DNA of 64,000 nucleotides from Patescibacteria group bacterium (GCA_041675145.1 JBAYUK010000002.1:24530-88529); one strand, 5' to 3'. Counted from the stretch's first letter, positions 38,897 to 48,662 are shown. Numbers and translations are program-made. The notes: generated from the letters alone by a model not told the origin.

Positions 38897-39061
38897 AGAT
38901 CAAGGGTGGTTGTTAATTGTTAATTGCCTATAAAAATATGTAGTACTTTTTATTAAAATATCCCTTTACTATATACACAACACCATACTATAATAACGAG
39001 TAATAGACACTATACCAATAAACACACAAACAGCCAGATTTCTGGCACAAAGGAGGGTACA

Positions 39062-39508
39062 ATGGCTCGCAGTGAAATTGAAAAATTCTTCTCAGACGAC
39101 GACAACTTCTTTTCTCGTCGCAATACCCAACTTCTTACTGGTGATGAGTGGGATACTGACACTACTGAACTCGAAGAAGGACAGCTCTCTATTGATATGA
39201 TCGAAACCAATAGCGACATCATCGTCAAAGCACCGATTGCTGGTGTAAAAAAAGACGATGTTGAAGTGGCAGTTACTGAAGATATGATTACTATCCGCGG
39301 TAAGCGTGAACATGAGTTTGAAAAGAATAACGATGACTTCCATATCCAGGAGTGTTACTGGGGTGCATTTTCTCGTTCTCAGTCTTTCCCTACTTCAGTT
39401 CTTGCAGATAAGGCAGAAGCGGTTCTCAAAGACGGTGTGTTAACTGTTCGTGTTCCAAAATCAAGCAAGGCACCAAAAGGAAAGTTGCTCAAAATAAAAA
39501 CAGACTAG
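39062..39508 (+). CDS. Hsp20/alpha-crystallin small heat-shock protein
   Basis: An AAGGAGGG ribosome-binding site. The alpha-crystallin domain includes 'DMIETNSDIIVKAPIAGVKKDDVEVAV...ITIRGKRE'. Confidence 0.85.
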   Translation: MARSEIEKFFSDDDNFFSRRNTQLLTGDEWDTDTTELEEGQLSIDMIETNSDIIVKAPIAGVKKDDVEVAVTEDMITIRGKREHEFEKNNDDFHIQECYWGAFSRSQSFPTSVLADKAEAVLKDGVLTVRVPKSSKAPKGKLLKIKTD

Positions 39509-39514
39509 TTTTTC

Positions 39515-40855
39515 ATGGTAGATAAAAAAGTCATTATTGGTGCTATTGGATTCCTCGTGATCATATTGATCGCGGGGTTTTTTGTGTTTCGTGGTAGCAA
39601 CACTCCTTCTCCAACACCAAACCCTACCGACAACACCAAGCCTACTCCAAAACCAAGTGACACCGACGAAGTTAACCTCACTATGTGGGGAGTATTTGAT
39701 GAGAACGCAGTTATGCAACCGTTAATAGATAAGTACCGAGAGAAACATTCGAATGTGAAGATTACTTATGTAAAAAAACAATACAGCGACTACGAGTCAC
39801 TCCTGGTTGATGCTATTGCGTCCGAGAAAGGACCAGACTTACTTGCAATCCATAATGACTGGTTACCAAAGCATGAAGCCAAACTTGCTCCTGCTCCAGA
39901 TACTATTATAAGTCTCGATCAGTTTAATAGTGAGTTTGTACCATCTGCCTACCAAGACTTTACTGACAACAACAAAATTTTTGCTCTTCCGTTATACACC
40001 GACAATCTCGCACTGTTTTATAACAAGCAACTACTTAACAAAGCAGAGATATATAACGCACCTACTACCTGGGATGAAGTAATTTCATACGCAAAGCTTA
40101 TGACTAAAACTGTTCCTGGAGATCCAACCAAGATAGCTCAAGCAGGTATTGCTATGGGAACTGCTAGTAACATTAACCGTCCAAGTGATATCTTGCTTGC
40201 TTTAATGTATCAGACCCAAACTCCCCTTATATCTGACGACAAGAGAACCTATAACTTCAACCAGTTCAGAAAAGGACCAGACGGTAATCCTGAATACCCA
40301 GGAACAGAGTCACTCTCTTTTTATACTGCCTTTGCTACCGCAGGCAAGCAGTCATATACTTGGGGCAAAGACCTCGACAACTCACTCACTGCCTTTGCAA
40401 ACGGCAAGGTTGGTATGATGATTGGCTACAACTATATGATCCCGCAACTCGAGAGACTCAATCCGAATATGTCTTATGGAATAGTGAAATTCCCACAGAT
40501 TAAACTCGCTCCTGAGCCTATTACTATCAGCAACTACTGGGGATGGGGAGTATCTCGTACTTCAGCAAACAAGGATGCTGCTTGGGAGTTTCTGCGCTAC
40601 CTATCAAATGACCAGGCACTTTCTAGCTACCTCTCTGCTACAGGTAGAATTAGCCCTAAGAAGATCCGTTCTGGAGGCTCTGTTTTTGAACAACAAGCTC
40701 AGTATGCGAAAACCATCTATAAAGGAAACGCTGAGCAATTTGATACCATATTCTCAGATATGATTAACGATGTCATTCAGTACAACCAGCCTCCTCAAAT
40801 CGCAATCGATACCGCGGCTCGCAAGGCTAATGAGATGATCAAAAAGTTCTACTAA
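39515..40855 (+). CDS. extracellular solute-binding protein (ABC family 1), orphan
   Basis: Transmembrane anchor and a P/T-rich linker, then the SBP_bac_1 fold with 'KGPDLLAIHNDWL' and 'LPLYTDNLALFYNK'. No permease or ATPase is adjacent. Confidence 0.75.
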   Translation: MVDKKVIIGAIGFLVIILIAGFFVFRGSNTPSPTPNPTDNTKPTPKPSDTDEVNLTMWGVFDENAVMQPLIDKYREKHSNVKITYVKKQYSDYESLLVDAIASEKGPDLLAIHNDWLPKHEAKLAPAPDTIISLDQFNSEFVPSAYQDFTDNNKIFALPLYTDNLALFYNKQLLNKAEIYNAPTTWDEVISYAKLMTKTVPGDPTKIAQAGIAMGTASNINRPSDILLALMYQTQTPLISDDKRTYNFNQFRKGPDGNPEYPGTESLSFYTAFATAGKQSYTWGKDLDNSLTAFANGKVGMMIGYNYMIPQLERLNPNMSYGIVKFPQIKLAPEPITISNYWGWGVSRTSANKDAAWEFLRYLSNDQALSSYLSATGRISPKKIRSGGSVFEQQAQYAKTIYKGNAEQFDTIFSDMINDVIQYNQPPQIAIDTAARKANEMIKKFY

Positions 40856-40879
40856 AAAAAGACCTCGTAACCAGTTGTT

Positions 40880-41302
40880 ATGAAAAAACTTCTTATATCC
40901 TTCCTACTTACCTCAACCCTCTTTGTGGGTAATTTTGCGTATGTCTCCCCGGTATTCGCAGTAGACCCAGCACCTACTGCACCAGCTCCGATACCAGCTC
41001 CTACCGACGGTTCGAAGCCAGAGAACTTGCAAGCAACCTCTTTTGCCCAAACAAGTGATCCTCAGGCACCAAAATTTGGAGAATTTATTCAGGTCTTTTA
41101 CAGATACCTTTCAATAATTACGCTCATAGCAGCCCTTCTCTCAGGCATCATTGGCTCATATATGTATATGACTAGCTCAGGCAACCCCGAAAAGATTGGA
41201 AAGGCACGGGAAATAATAGTGAATTCAATTATTGCTATAATCGTAGTAGCCTTTGCGTATGCATTTTTCAATATTCTTTCTCCTAATATAATAGGAAAAT
41301 GA
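40880..41302 (+). CDS. TrbC/VirB2-like pilin paralog 1
   Basis: Signal peptide followed by two transmembrane helices around 'MTSSGNPEKIGKAREIIVNSIIAIIVV'. Confidence 0.6.
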   Translation: MKKLLISFLLTSTLFVGNFAYVSPVFAVDPAPTAPAPIPAPTDGSKPENLQATSFAQTSDPQAPKFGEFIQVFYRYLSIITLIAALLSGIIGSYMYMTSSGNPEKIGKAREIIVNSIIAIIVVAFAYAFFNILSPNIIGK

Positions 41303-41862
41303 AAAAGAATTTTCTAAAAGTTTTTTTTATTTCTGCACTCTTCGCTATTTCCACAGTTACTGTGTTCTCTCTTCCTATGCATGTATATGCGGCTAATGAT
41401 GTGTATGAATACGTGGGACCTACTAAAATCTCTTGTAGTAGTACAGATCCATTTAGTGTTTTTAAGGAGCTTACTGGTGGAGCCACTCCTATTACCGAAG
41501 TGGATAAAGCCCTTAACGGCATTGCCTGTCTTGGGCTTAGTTTGGTTAACTTCTTGTCCGAAATGGCAGTACTGGTCGCTGCGATATATATCACGATATC
41601 TGGGATTAAGTACCAGACATCATCTGGAGACCCAAAGAAACAGCAGGCAGCAATTTCTGCCTTACAAGCAGCCCTTATAGGGTTTGCTCTCTCGTTGTCT
41701 TTTGTTGCTATCATCAACTACGCCCTAAACTTTATTGAGTTCGATACCTTAACAGGACAGTTTAAGAGTGTGAATGTGGAAGCCACAAAACCTGCCGATA
41801 CGCCTGCGCCAGCAGCACCGGGTACGCCTGATACACCAGCACCGCAACCAACCAGAAGCTAG
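41299..41862 (+). CDS. TrbC/VirB2-like pilin paralog 2 (P/A-rich tail)
   Basis: Same architecture as paralog 1, with 'KYQTSSGDPKKQQAAISALQAALIGFAL'. It overlaps paralog 1 by ATGA. Confidence 0.6.
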   Translation: MKKNFLKVFFISALFAISTVTVFSLPMHVYAANDVYEYVGPTKISCSSTDPFSVFKELTGGATPITEVDKALNGIACLGLSLVNFLSEMAVLVAAIYITISGIKYQTSSGDPKKQQAAISALQAALIGFALSLSFVAIINYALNFIEFDTLTGQFKSVNVEATKPADTPAPAAPGTPDTPAPQPTRS

Positions 41863-42060
41863 CTAGTATGTGTACGGTTCAGGTTTATTGCATTTATCCC
41901 CAGGTTTTGCCTTGCTATCCACAGAAATTTGGCTATAATGCACATAAGTGTGGATTTTGTCACCTTAATAAATTCGTTCATTCGTTTGTGTATCGCAATT
42001 TTTTTGAAAAATATAAATAATACAAAGAGGCTCACGTCTCGTAAATCCTCAGGAGGAATC

Positions 42061-42426
42061 ATGCTTAAAAATATAAAAAATCATTTAGCTGTTGTTGGTT
42101 CACTAGCAACTTTGACTGTTGGTAATGTGGCAGCAGCCGCAACAACAGAGATCGAGACTGGCCTTACTAAGACCGGAAACCTCGAGACTATTATTCAAAG
42201 TGTTATGAATACATTTATGGCTATAGTAGGCTTAGCTACAATTGTATACCTTATATACGGCGGATTTATGTACCTAACTTCAGGTGGAAACGCAGAGAAA
42301 GTCACTACAGCCAAGAACACCATTATTTATGCTATTGTTGGTATCATCATTATTGGTGCCGCATACGCAATTCGCGGATTTGTACTTGACCGCCTAAGTA
42401 TCACTATACCTACAGGGGGAATCTAA
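42061..42426 (+). CDS. TrbC/VirB2-like pilin paralog 3
   Basis: An AGGAGG ribosome-binding site. Contains 'MYLTSGGNAEKVTTAKNTIIYAIVGIIIIGAAYA'. I set the start at Met 42061 rather than the ORF-track 41929. Confidence 0.6.
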   Translation: MLKNIKNHLAVVGSLATLTVGNVAAAATTEIETGLTKTGNLETIIQSVMNTFMAIVGLATIVYLIYGGFMYLTSGGNAEKVTTAKNTIIYAIVGIIIIGAAYAIRGFVLDRLSITIPTGGI

Positions 42427-42449
42427 TTAATCCCTGTCGCTCTCATCAT

Positions 42450-42476
42450 AAAACCCCGCATGTGCGGGGTTTTATG
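42450..42476. terminator. bidirectional terminator
   Basis: aaaaccccgc-atgt-gcggggtttt. Confidence 0.7.
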
Positions 42477-42495
42477 ATACTTGTCGTTCTTTAGA

Positions 42496-42753
42496 TTACT
42501 TAGCAGAAACCATCTTTGCGAGTGCAGACTTTTTACGAGCTGCTGTATTTGGATGAATCACATGATTCTTTGCGTTCTTGTCGAGTACCTTAAAAGCACC
42601 AGGAAGAAGTGCTGCAGCTGCAGTCTTGTCTGTTTTAACGGCAAGAAGGAAGGCCTTAATGGTCTTTTTCATGGTGTCTTTGCGAAGATTGTTTGCTGCT
42701 TTGCGTCGTTTTGTGCGACGAACATCTTTAATCGAGGCTTTGAGATTTGGCAT
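42496..42753 (-). CDS. rpsT: 30S ribosomal protein S20
   Basis: 'MPNLKASIKDVRRTKRRKAAN...' is the bS20 N-terminus. Confidence 0.9.
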   Translation of the reverse strand: MPNLKASIKDVRRTKRRKAANNLRKDTMKKTIKAFLLAVKTDKTAAAALLPGAFKVLDKNAKNHVIHPNTAARKKSALAKMVSAK

Positions 42754-42810
42754 AGGATTTCTAGAAATTATTGCTTATGTATCTGATTTTACCACTAAAA
42801 TCAGGTTTTA

Positions 42811-44007
42811 TCAAGTATAGTACTTGGCAACCATCTTTGCGACCTGGGCGCCGATGTTTACCGGCTCTCCTATAGAAGGGTAATGGTGCATATCTATATA
42901 TGGCAGGGAGTTGAGCTCCAGTATGGCACACTCCTGCTCTTTCCAGGAAATCGCGATATCTTTAGCGAGCAGGTCGATACCTACCAGGTAGATCCCAAAG
43001 ATTGTTGCTACTCTTCTAAAAAGTTCAATGTTATCTGGGTGAACCTGGGGTGTGACCTCCTCTAGGTCTGCTCCGATATCTAAAATTACCTTTTCCTGAA
43101 GATATACCGGTTCTCCTTCTTGTGGTACTGTTTCTACTGTGTATCCCTTTTGCTGAAGGAGCTTTTCACTTACGTCGTCAAATGTGAGGTGATAGAGCAC
43201 AAAACTCTGGTCTCCGGCTGGCCCTCGCCTTGGGTCAGCGTTTTTGTGATCTATGAGCTCTTGAATGGTATGTACCCCATCTCCCACCACATGAGCGGGT
43301 ATCCGACGCACGACAGCTACGAAGTCCTGGTCTATAACATTAGCCCTATATACATACGGGCTATTGATGTACCGCTCCACCATAAAGTACGGGGTATACT
43401 GCGCTACTTTCAAAATCGCCTCTTGTAGCTGGGTTCTGTTTTGAATATTGGTTGTAATGTGCTGACTCATAGAGCCGGTAACCGGCTTCACAATTACCGG
43501 GTATCCAAGGTCTTGCTCTACATATGTTTCAACCCGCTTTTTTTGTAAAACACTAAACGCCCTGCCACGAGCTACCGGTAGCCCATTTTTTTCTAGTATT
43601 CTTTTAACAAAAAGTTTGTCGTCTATCCTCTCGGCTCGCGTGCTTTGCATAAACTCAGCGCGGGGGAGCCCTTCAAAAGCATATGACCTACCACCATTAT
43701 CTAGTATGAACTGGTTATTAAGCCCGTATGGGGTCGTTATGGCGCGAAAGGTCATGCCGAGTGGCAATGCCTCACGCAAGAACACTTTCGTGCGTAGCGG
43801 GAATCCTGGGTGGTTTAAATCCTTAGTTGTTTTTACTGCACCAACTCTTAGAAAGAACCGGTCAATGGAACTTGCGAGTGCGTACCTAACCTTTGAGGGT
43901 ATAGATATATAGCGAAAGGGGGTTAATACATAAAAAAGATCAGCAATCCATTGCTGATAGTGGTTCGTTTGAATCGGGCCGCAGTGAGGGCAAGGCTCTT
44001 GTGCCAT
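42811..44007 (-). CDS. standalone cyanophycin-synthetase-like ATP-grasp (G-domain) protein
   Basis: 'GYPVIVKPVTGSMSQH', 'MVERYINSPYVYRANVIDQDFVAVVRRIPAHVVGDGVHTIQELIDHKNADPRRG' and 'ELNSLPYIDMHHYPSIGEPVNIG' align with the CphA N-terminal half. No Mur-ligase-like M-domain is present. Confidence 0.65.
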   Translation of the reverse strand: MAQEPCPHCGPIQTNHYQQWIADLFYVLTPFRYISIPSKVRYALASSIDRFFLRVGAVKTTKDLNHPGFPLRTKVFLREALPLGMTFRAITTPYGLNNQFILDNGGRSYAFEGLPRAEFMQSTRAERIDDKLFVKRILEKNGLPVARGRAFSVLQKKRVETYVEQDLGYPVIVKPVTGSMSQHITTNIQNRTQLQEAILKVAQYTPYFMVERYINSPYVYRANVIDQDFVAVVRRIPAHVVGDGVHTIQELIDHKNADPRRGPAGDQSFVLYHLTFDDVSEKLLQQKGYTVETVPQEGEPVYLQEKVILDIGADLEEVTPQVHPDNIELFRRVATIFGIYLVGIDLLAKDIAISWKEQECAILELNSLPYIDMHHYPSIGEPVNIGAQVAKMVAKYYT

Positions 44008-44011
44008 ACTC

Positions 44012-44818
44012 TTACTCTCCTTCTTTTGTATCTTTTGCAGGCGGAAGCTCTTCTACCACAATCTCTTCTTGATGCTCACCTTTATGTTTAATACGAACCG
44101 TAACTTCGCGTGCTTTTTCGTGGTTTACGTAGAACTGCTGAGCAATACTAAAGAGCGTTGTGGTAACGAGGTAGAAACCAAGACCAGCTGGGAATGAGCG
44201 TGCAATGAAGTACGTCATTACGGGAACAATTAAGCTCATTTGCTTGTTCATCATCTGTTCCATAGTAGGTTTACTACCCGCTACTTGTGGTTGCGCCTGT
44301 GCATTTACTGTCATAATAGTTAGGCCATACTGGGTAAGGCCTGCCAGTACTGGGATAACGATAAGCTCTGGCTTTGCCAAGTCAAGCAACCCAAAGAACT
44401 GGGTATTAAGCTGGGCTGGCGCATGAATAAAAGAGTACACATGCGCTGGGTTAATAGCCTTAAGTCCTTCTCCGAGTGTACGATAAAGAGCGATAAAAAC
44501 TGGGAGCTGGATGAGTATCGGTAAGCAGCTCGACCATGGGTTTACCTGGTACTGTTTGTAAAAGGCGACTTGTGCTTTGGCAAGCTCTTGAGGGTCTCCT
44601 TTGTATTGGTCCTTGAGCTTATTAAGCTCCGGCATGATCTTTTTCATCTTGCGCTGTGAACGAGCAGCTTTGAGCCCTAATGGCAAAATGAGTAACCGGA
44701 TAATAACCGTCATAATCACAATAGCTATTCCAAGGTCATGACCTGGAATAGTGTTATACAGAAACAAAAGAAAGTTGAGCAACGGGTTGTAGAGCAAATC
44801 TTGCCAAATGGAAAACAT
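44012..44818 (-). CDS. yidC: membrane protein insertase YidC (short form)
   Basis: 'YKQYQVNPWSSCLPILIQLPVFIALY' is the YidC/Oxa1 core. Confidence 0.9.
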   Translation of the reverse strand: MFSIWQDLLYNPLLNFLLFLYNTIPGHDLGIAIVIMTVIIRLLILPLGLKAARSQRKMKKIMPELNKLKDQYKGDPQELAKAQVAFYKQYQVNPWSSCLPILIQLPVFIALYRTLGEGLKAINPAHVYSFIHAPAQLNTQFFGLLDLAKPELIVIPVLAGLTQYGLTIMTVNAQAQPQVAGSKPTMEQMMNKQMSLIVPVMTYFIARSFPAGLGFYLVTTTLFSIAQQFYVNHEKAREVTVRIKHKGEHQEEIVVEELPPAKDTKEGE

Positions 44819-44827
44819 AGGATTGTA

Positions 44828-45112
44828 TTATATATGTTTGTGAGGCACCTCGTCTATGCCACCTTTTGTCCATGGGTTACAACGCAGTATACGCCATAGG
44901 GTGAGTAGCGACCCGTACAGTACCCCGTGTTTGTGTATGGCCTGTTTTCCATATTCAGAACAGGTTGGAACGTAGGGACAGTACCCATGAGGGAACAGGA
45001 ACTTGAGCGGTCCGTGGTCTGGAGAAAGCGTCTTCTGGTACAACGATATAACTCCCGTAAGTACTATTCGAGGGATCCTACTTATACCCAACAGAGCTTG
45101 TTTTGGTGTCAT
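44828..45112 (-). CDS. yidD: membrane protein insertion efficiency factor YidD
   Basis: 'ISLYQKTLSPDHG...CPYVPTCSEYGKQAI' is the YidD motif. Confidence 0.85.
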   Translation of the reverse strand: MTPKQALLGISRIPRIVLTGVISLYQKTLSPDHGPLKFLFPHGYCPYVPTCSEYGKQAIHKHGVLYGSLLTLWRILRCNPWTKGGIDEVPHKHI

Positions 45113-45122
45113 AGAGAGTACC

Positions 45123-45521
45123 TTACTGCAATATCCCAGCTTTTGTAGCTAGGTACATGAATTCCTTCTCGAGTGCCTGGTAGTCAGCAACAATTGCTTC
45201 AGGTTTTACTATAAGCACCGACCATAACCCTATTTTACACTGTGGCCTGGCAAGACGAATAATCTCATTTAGCTGTCTTTTTGTCTTACTACGGTCCACC
45301 GACCTTTTGGCGGTCTTCACACTAATAACGATCCCAAAACGAGCAGGGGTGCCTGGGATCTTGCCAGTAGTAGTTTTCAGGGTAAAGTACGGGCCAAAAA
45401 CTGCCTTTCCTCCCTTCATAACCCGGTCAAATTCGCTGTCTTTAGTGAGACTCAAAGAAAAATGCCGAGTTACTGGCATTTTTTTCGGGTTCTTGGTTGT
45501 ACCTTGAAGCGGTTGCTCCAT
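45123..45521 (-). CDS. rnpA: ribonuclease P protein component
   Basis: Basic protein with 'FGIVISVKTAKRSVDRSKTKRQLNE'. It follows rpmH after a 2-nt gap. Confidence 0.85.
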   Translation of the reverse strand: MEQPLQGTTKNPKKMPVTRHFSLSLTKDSEFDRVMKGGKAVFGPYFTLKTTTGKIPGTPARFGIVISVKTAKRSVDRSKTKRQLNEIIRLARPQCKIGLWSVLIVKPEAIVADYQALEKEFMYLATKAGILQ

Positions 45522-45523
45522 GC

Positions 45524-45673
45524 TTATTTCTCGTCACTCACGGTTAATTTCTTGCGTCCCTTGCGACGACGCGCTGCAAGGATATTGCGTCCTGCCTTCG
45601 TCTTCATACGCTCACGGAATCCGTGAACCTTTGGCTTATGCGCTTTCTTCGGTGCTTTTGTTCCCTTTTTCAT
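45524..45673 (-). CDS. rpmH: 50S ribosomal protein L34
   Basis: I translated it manually: [49 protein letters not shown]. It is absent from the ORF track because it is under 60 aa. Confidence 0.85.
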   Translation of the reverse strand: MKKGTKAPKKAHKPKVHGFRERMKTKAGRNILAARRRKGRKKLTVSDEK

Positions 45674-45878
45674 TGCAAAATATATTAACTGAATTGATGA
45701 TATGACTAGTATACCAAATTTTACATTTTCTTACAAACATGCTTTTCGTTTTTTGGTTTAACATCGCACCTACAAGGAGTAAAAACAGTTGACCCGAGGC
45801 TTATCAACAGGGTGTGCATACTGTCTTGCACGCTGTGTACAACTTTGTTAGGATGGGGAAAAGACACCTTCTAAACCC

Positions 45879-47246
45879 TTGTATATGAATAGCGATCAAC
45901 TCTGGCAAACCTGTCTTGGTGAACTCCAAGTCCTTTTAAGTAAAGGGAACTTTGACACCTGGTTTAAAGACACCATGATTGTTCGTATTGAAGACGATAT
46001 TGTTACTATTGGCACCCCGAATAGCCTCACTCTCTCATGGCTTGAGAAGAAGTTTCATCCACAAATAACTGATGTGGTTTCAAAGCACACCGGGTCTACC
46101 AAGAAAATTACCTATACTGCTACTGGTAACCTTGAAAACAGGAAGGACCGGGTTTTCTCTGTTACTCCTGAAATAAGGGTTCAAACACCTGGGTCTGAAG
46201 CGTCAGAGACCTCTTTTGATAGTGAGTCTATTAACCCCCGCTACACTTTTGAAACCTTTGTCATTGGTGAATCTAACCGTCTTGCCCATGCAGCAGCCCA
46301 AGCTATATCCAAGAACCCTGGGATGACATATAACCCGCTTTTCCTTTATGGGGGAGTAGGTCTGGGTAAAACCCACTTGATGCATGCCATTGGAAATGAG
46401 ATATCTAAAAAAGACCGCAAAAAGAACATCCTCTATACTACCTGTGAGAAATTTACCAACGACTTTATACACCTGGTGCGTAAAGGGAAGGCAGATAAAT
46501 TCAAACATGCCTATCGGTCCGTTGATCTCTTAATGGTAGATGATATCCAGTTCTTATCTGGAAAGGAATCTACTCAAGAAGAATTTTTCCATACCTTTAA
46601 TGAGCTCCACGGGAAGAATAAACAAATTGTACTCTCCGCTGACCGTCCCCCGAAAGCCATCTCAGGAATTGAGGATCGCCTCGTTTCTCGTTTTGAATGG
46701 GGGATGATAGCAGATATCAACCCACCAGACTTTGAAACAAGGATCGCTATCTTGCAAAACAAGGTAGTGGAAAGAAAATACGATGTAAGCCAAGATATTA
46801 TTCACCATATCGCAAAACACATCCACAGTAACATCCGAGAACTAGAGGGGGCCTTAAACCGTATCATGGCCCATACCGAACTAAAGAACACGAAGCTTAG
46901 TTTAGCTGATGTAAAGAACTTGCTTGGGGAGTCTATGATGACCGGGAGACAAAAAATCGCCTCTCCGGCGGATGTATTAAAAAAGGTAGCTGCTTTTTAC
47001 GAGATTACCTTAGAGCAATTAACCGGTCCAAAGAGAACCAAAGAGTTAGTCACGCCCCGTCAAATAGCTGCCTACATTATGCGAGAGGAGTTAAATCTAT
47101 CGTTTCCTAAGATTGGAAAAGAGTTAGGAGGCAAGGATCACACAACCATTATGCACGCTTGTGATAAAATGGCACACCTAAGCCAAAAAGATTCAATTAT
47201 TAAGCACGACATCCAGTTAATAAAAGATAAGTTATACCAGGCGTAG
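45879..47246 (+). CDS. dnaA: chromosomal replication initiator DnaA
   Basis: AAA+ Walker A 'GGVGLGKTHL', plus domains I and IV. Confidence 0.97.
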   Translation: MYMNSDQLWQTCLGELQVLLSKGNFDTWFKDTMIVRIEDDIVTIGTPNSLTLSWLEKKFHPQITDVVSKHTGSTKKITYTATGNLENRKDRVFSVTPEIRVQTPGSEASETSFDSESINPRYTFETFVIGESNRLAHAAAQAISKNPGMTYNPLFLYGGVGLGKTHLMHAIGNEISKKDRKKNILYTTCEKFTNDFIHLVRKGKADKFKHAYRSVDLLMVDDIQFLSGKESTQEEFFHTFNELHGKNKQIVLSADRPPKAISGIEDRLVSRFEWGMIADINPPDFETRIAILQNKVVERKYDVSQDIIHHIAKHIHSNIRELEGALNRIMAHTELKNTKLSLADVKNLLGESMMTGRQKIASPADVLKKVAAFYEITLEQLTGPKRTKELVTPRQIAAYIMREELNLSFPKIGKELGGKDHTTIMHACDKMAHLSQKDSIIKHDIQLIKDKLYQA

Positions 47247-47540
47247 TTTCCACAAGTCTGGGGATAAGAACGGGTATAGTTGTGGATTGCTTGTTTAAAA
47301 GTTTTACACTTTAGTGGATAAAAAAATCATTGTTTTGTTTTTAGAGGGTGTTTGGAAAAAGGTGTTGAAATTATCCCCGTCTTTTCCACCTAAAAAACAA
47401 CTACTTATCCCACTATAAAGAAATAGTTTCCCGCTAGTTTATAGCTACTTTTTTCACTTATCCTCAGAATCCACAGTACTTATTACTACTACTATTTATA
47501 AATTTATTATCTATAATTCATAATCATAATAAGAACCGAT
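47247..47540. promoter_or_regulatory. candidate oriC (DnaA-box cluster + AT-rich unwinding element)
   Basis: At least six TTATCCACA-like boxes: ggggataag, tgtggattg, agtggataa, ttatccccg, ttatcccac, ttatcctca and aatccacag. A ~55-bp AT-rich tract lies directly before dnaN. Confidence 0.6.
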
Positions 47541-48662
47541 ATGAAAATAACATGTGTACAAGAAAATCTAGCGAAGGCACTCATTCATAGCTCAAGACTT
47601 ATTTCTTTGCGAAGTACTCTTCCTATACTTGAAAATGTACTCTTAACTACAGATCAAGGAAGATTAAAGATTTCAGCTACAGATTTAGAATTAGGTATTA
47701 ATTATTGGATAGGAGTAAAGATTGAGGAAGATGGAGGAGTAGCAGTACCTTCTCGTCTTATTACTGAATTCGTATCCAATATTCGTGAAGAGAAAATAAA
47801 TCTTATAACCTCTACCTTTGATGTGAAAATTGAAGGAGAAAAATATAATGCAACTATTAAAGGAATGAATCCTGAGGATTTCCCAACAATCCCTGATATC
47901 TCAAACCACCACCTCTTTTCTATCCCTGTAAAACAACTCCAAAGCGCTATTTCACAGGTAATTTTCTCAGCAGCAGGAGACAATACCAGACCAACACTAG
48001 CAGGAGTTCTTATAAAATATGAGAAAGAAACTCTTAAAATGGTAGCAACAGATAGTTACCGTCTCGCTGAGAAGACAATTAAAGTGTCTGCGACAGACAA
48101 GAAAGCGTTTCAGTGTATTGTGCCATCACGAACAATAAACGAGGTAGGAAAGCTCTTGAAAGACGCAGGAGAGAAGATAGATATTTGTTATGATGGAAAC
48201 CAAATCTTGTTTGATTTTGGGTCAATCCACCTTATTTCTCGCTTAATAGATGGTCAGTATCCAAATTACGAACAGATTATTCCTGTAAGCTTTGAGACTT
48301 TTATTACTGTAGAAAAAGACGAACTGATGAATGTGTGTAAGGTAGCTAGCCTCTTTGCAAGAGAATCAGCAAATAGTATTAAGCTACGGATAATGCCCGG
48401 AGATGAAGATGGAAAAGGAAGTCTTATGATTTCAGGACAAGGGGTGCAGATTGGAGAAAGTACTAATAGTATTCCCGTTACATTCCAAGGTAAAGAGATT
48501 GAAATTTCTTTCAATGCAAAATACTTACTCGACGTACTTCCGACTATTACCGAGAAAACAATCGAAATGAAGTTCTCAGGACCAGCGAGCCCAGGAGTAA
48601 TGTACGGAGCAGGAAAAGACGACTATGTATACCTTATCATGCCCCTTAAAGCAACCAACTAG
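47541..48662 (+). CDS. dnaN: DNA polymerase III beta sliding clamp
   Basis: 373 aa with three-domain clamp architecture, directly after dnaA/oriC. Confidence 0.9.
   Translation: MKITCVQENLAKALIHSSRLISLRSTLPILENVLLTTDQGRLKISATDLELGINYWIGVKIEEDGGVAVPSRLITEFVSNIREEKINLITSTFDVKIEGEKYNATIKGMNPEDFPTIPDISNHHLFSIPVKQLQSAISQVIFSAAGDNTRPTLAGVLIKYEKETLKMVATDSYRLAEKTIKVSATDKKAFQCIVPSRTINEVGKLLKDAGEKIDICYDGNQILFDFGSIHLISRLIDGQYPNYEQIIPVSFETFITVEKDELMNVCKVASLFARESANSIKLRIMPGDEDGKGSLMISGQGVQIGESTNSIPVTFQGKEIEISFNAKYLLDVLPTITEKTIEMKFSGPASPGVMYGAGKDDYVYLIMPLKATN

Noticed and set aside
39062-39508. CIRCE or HAIR heat-shock operator upstream of hsp20
   Set aside because: Only AT-rich partial inverted repeats are present. 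Neither TTAGCACTC-N9-GAGTGCTAA nor CTTGAGT-N7-ACTCAAG matches.
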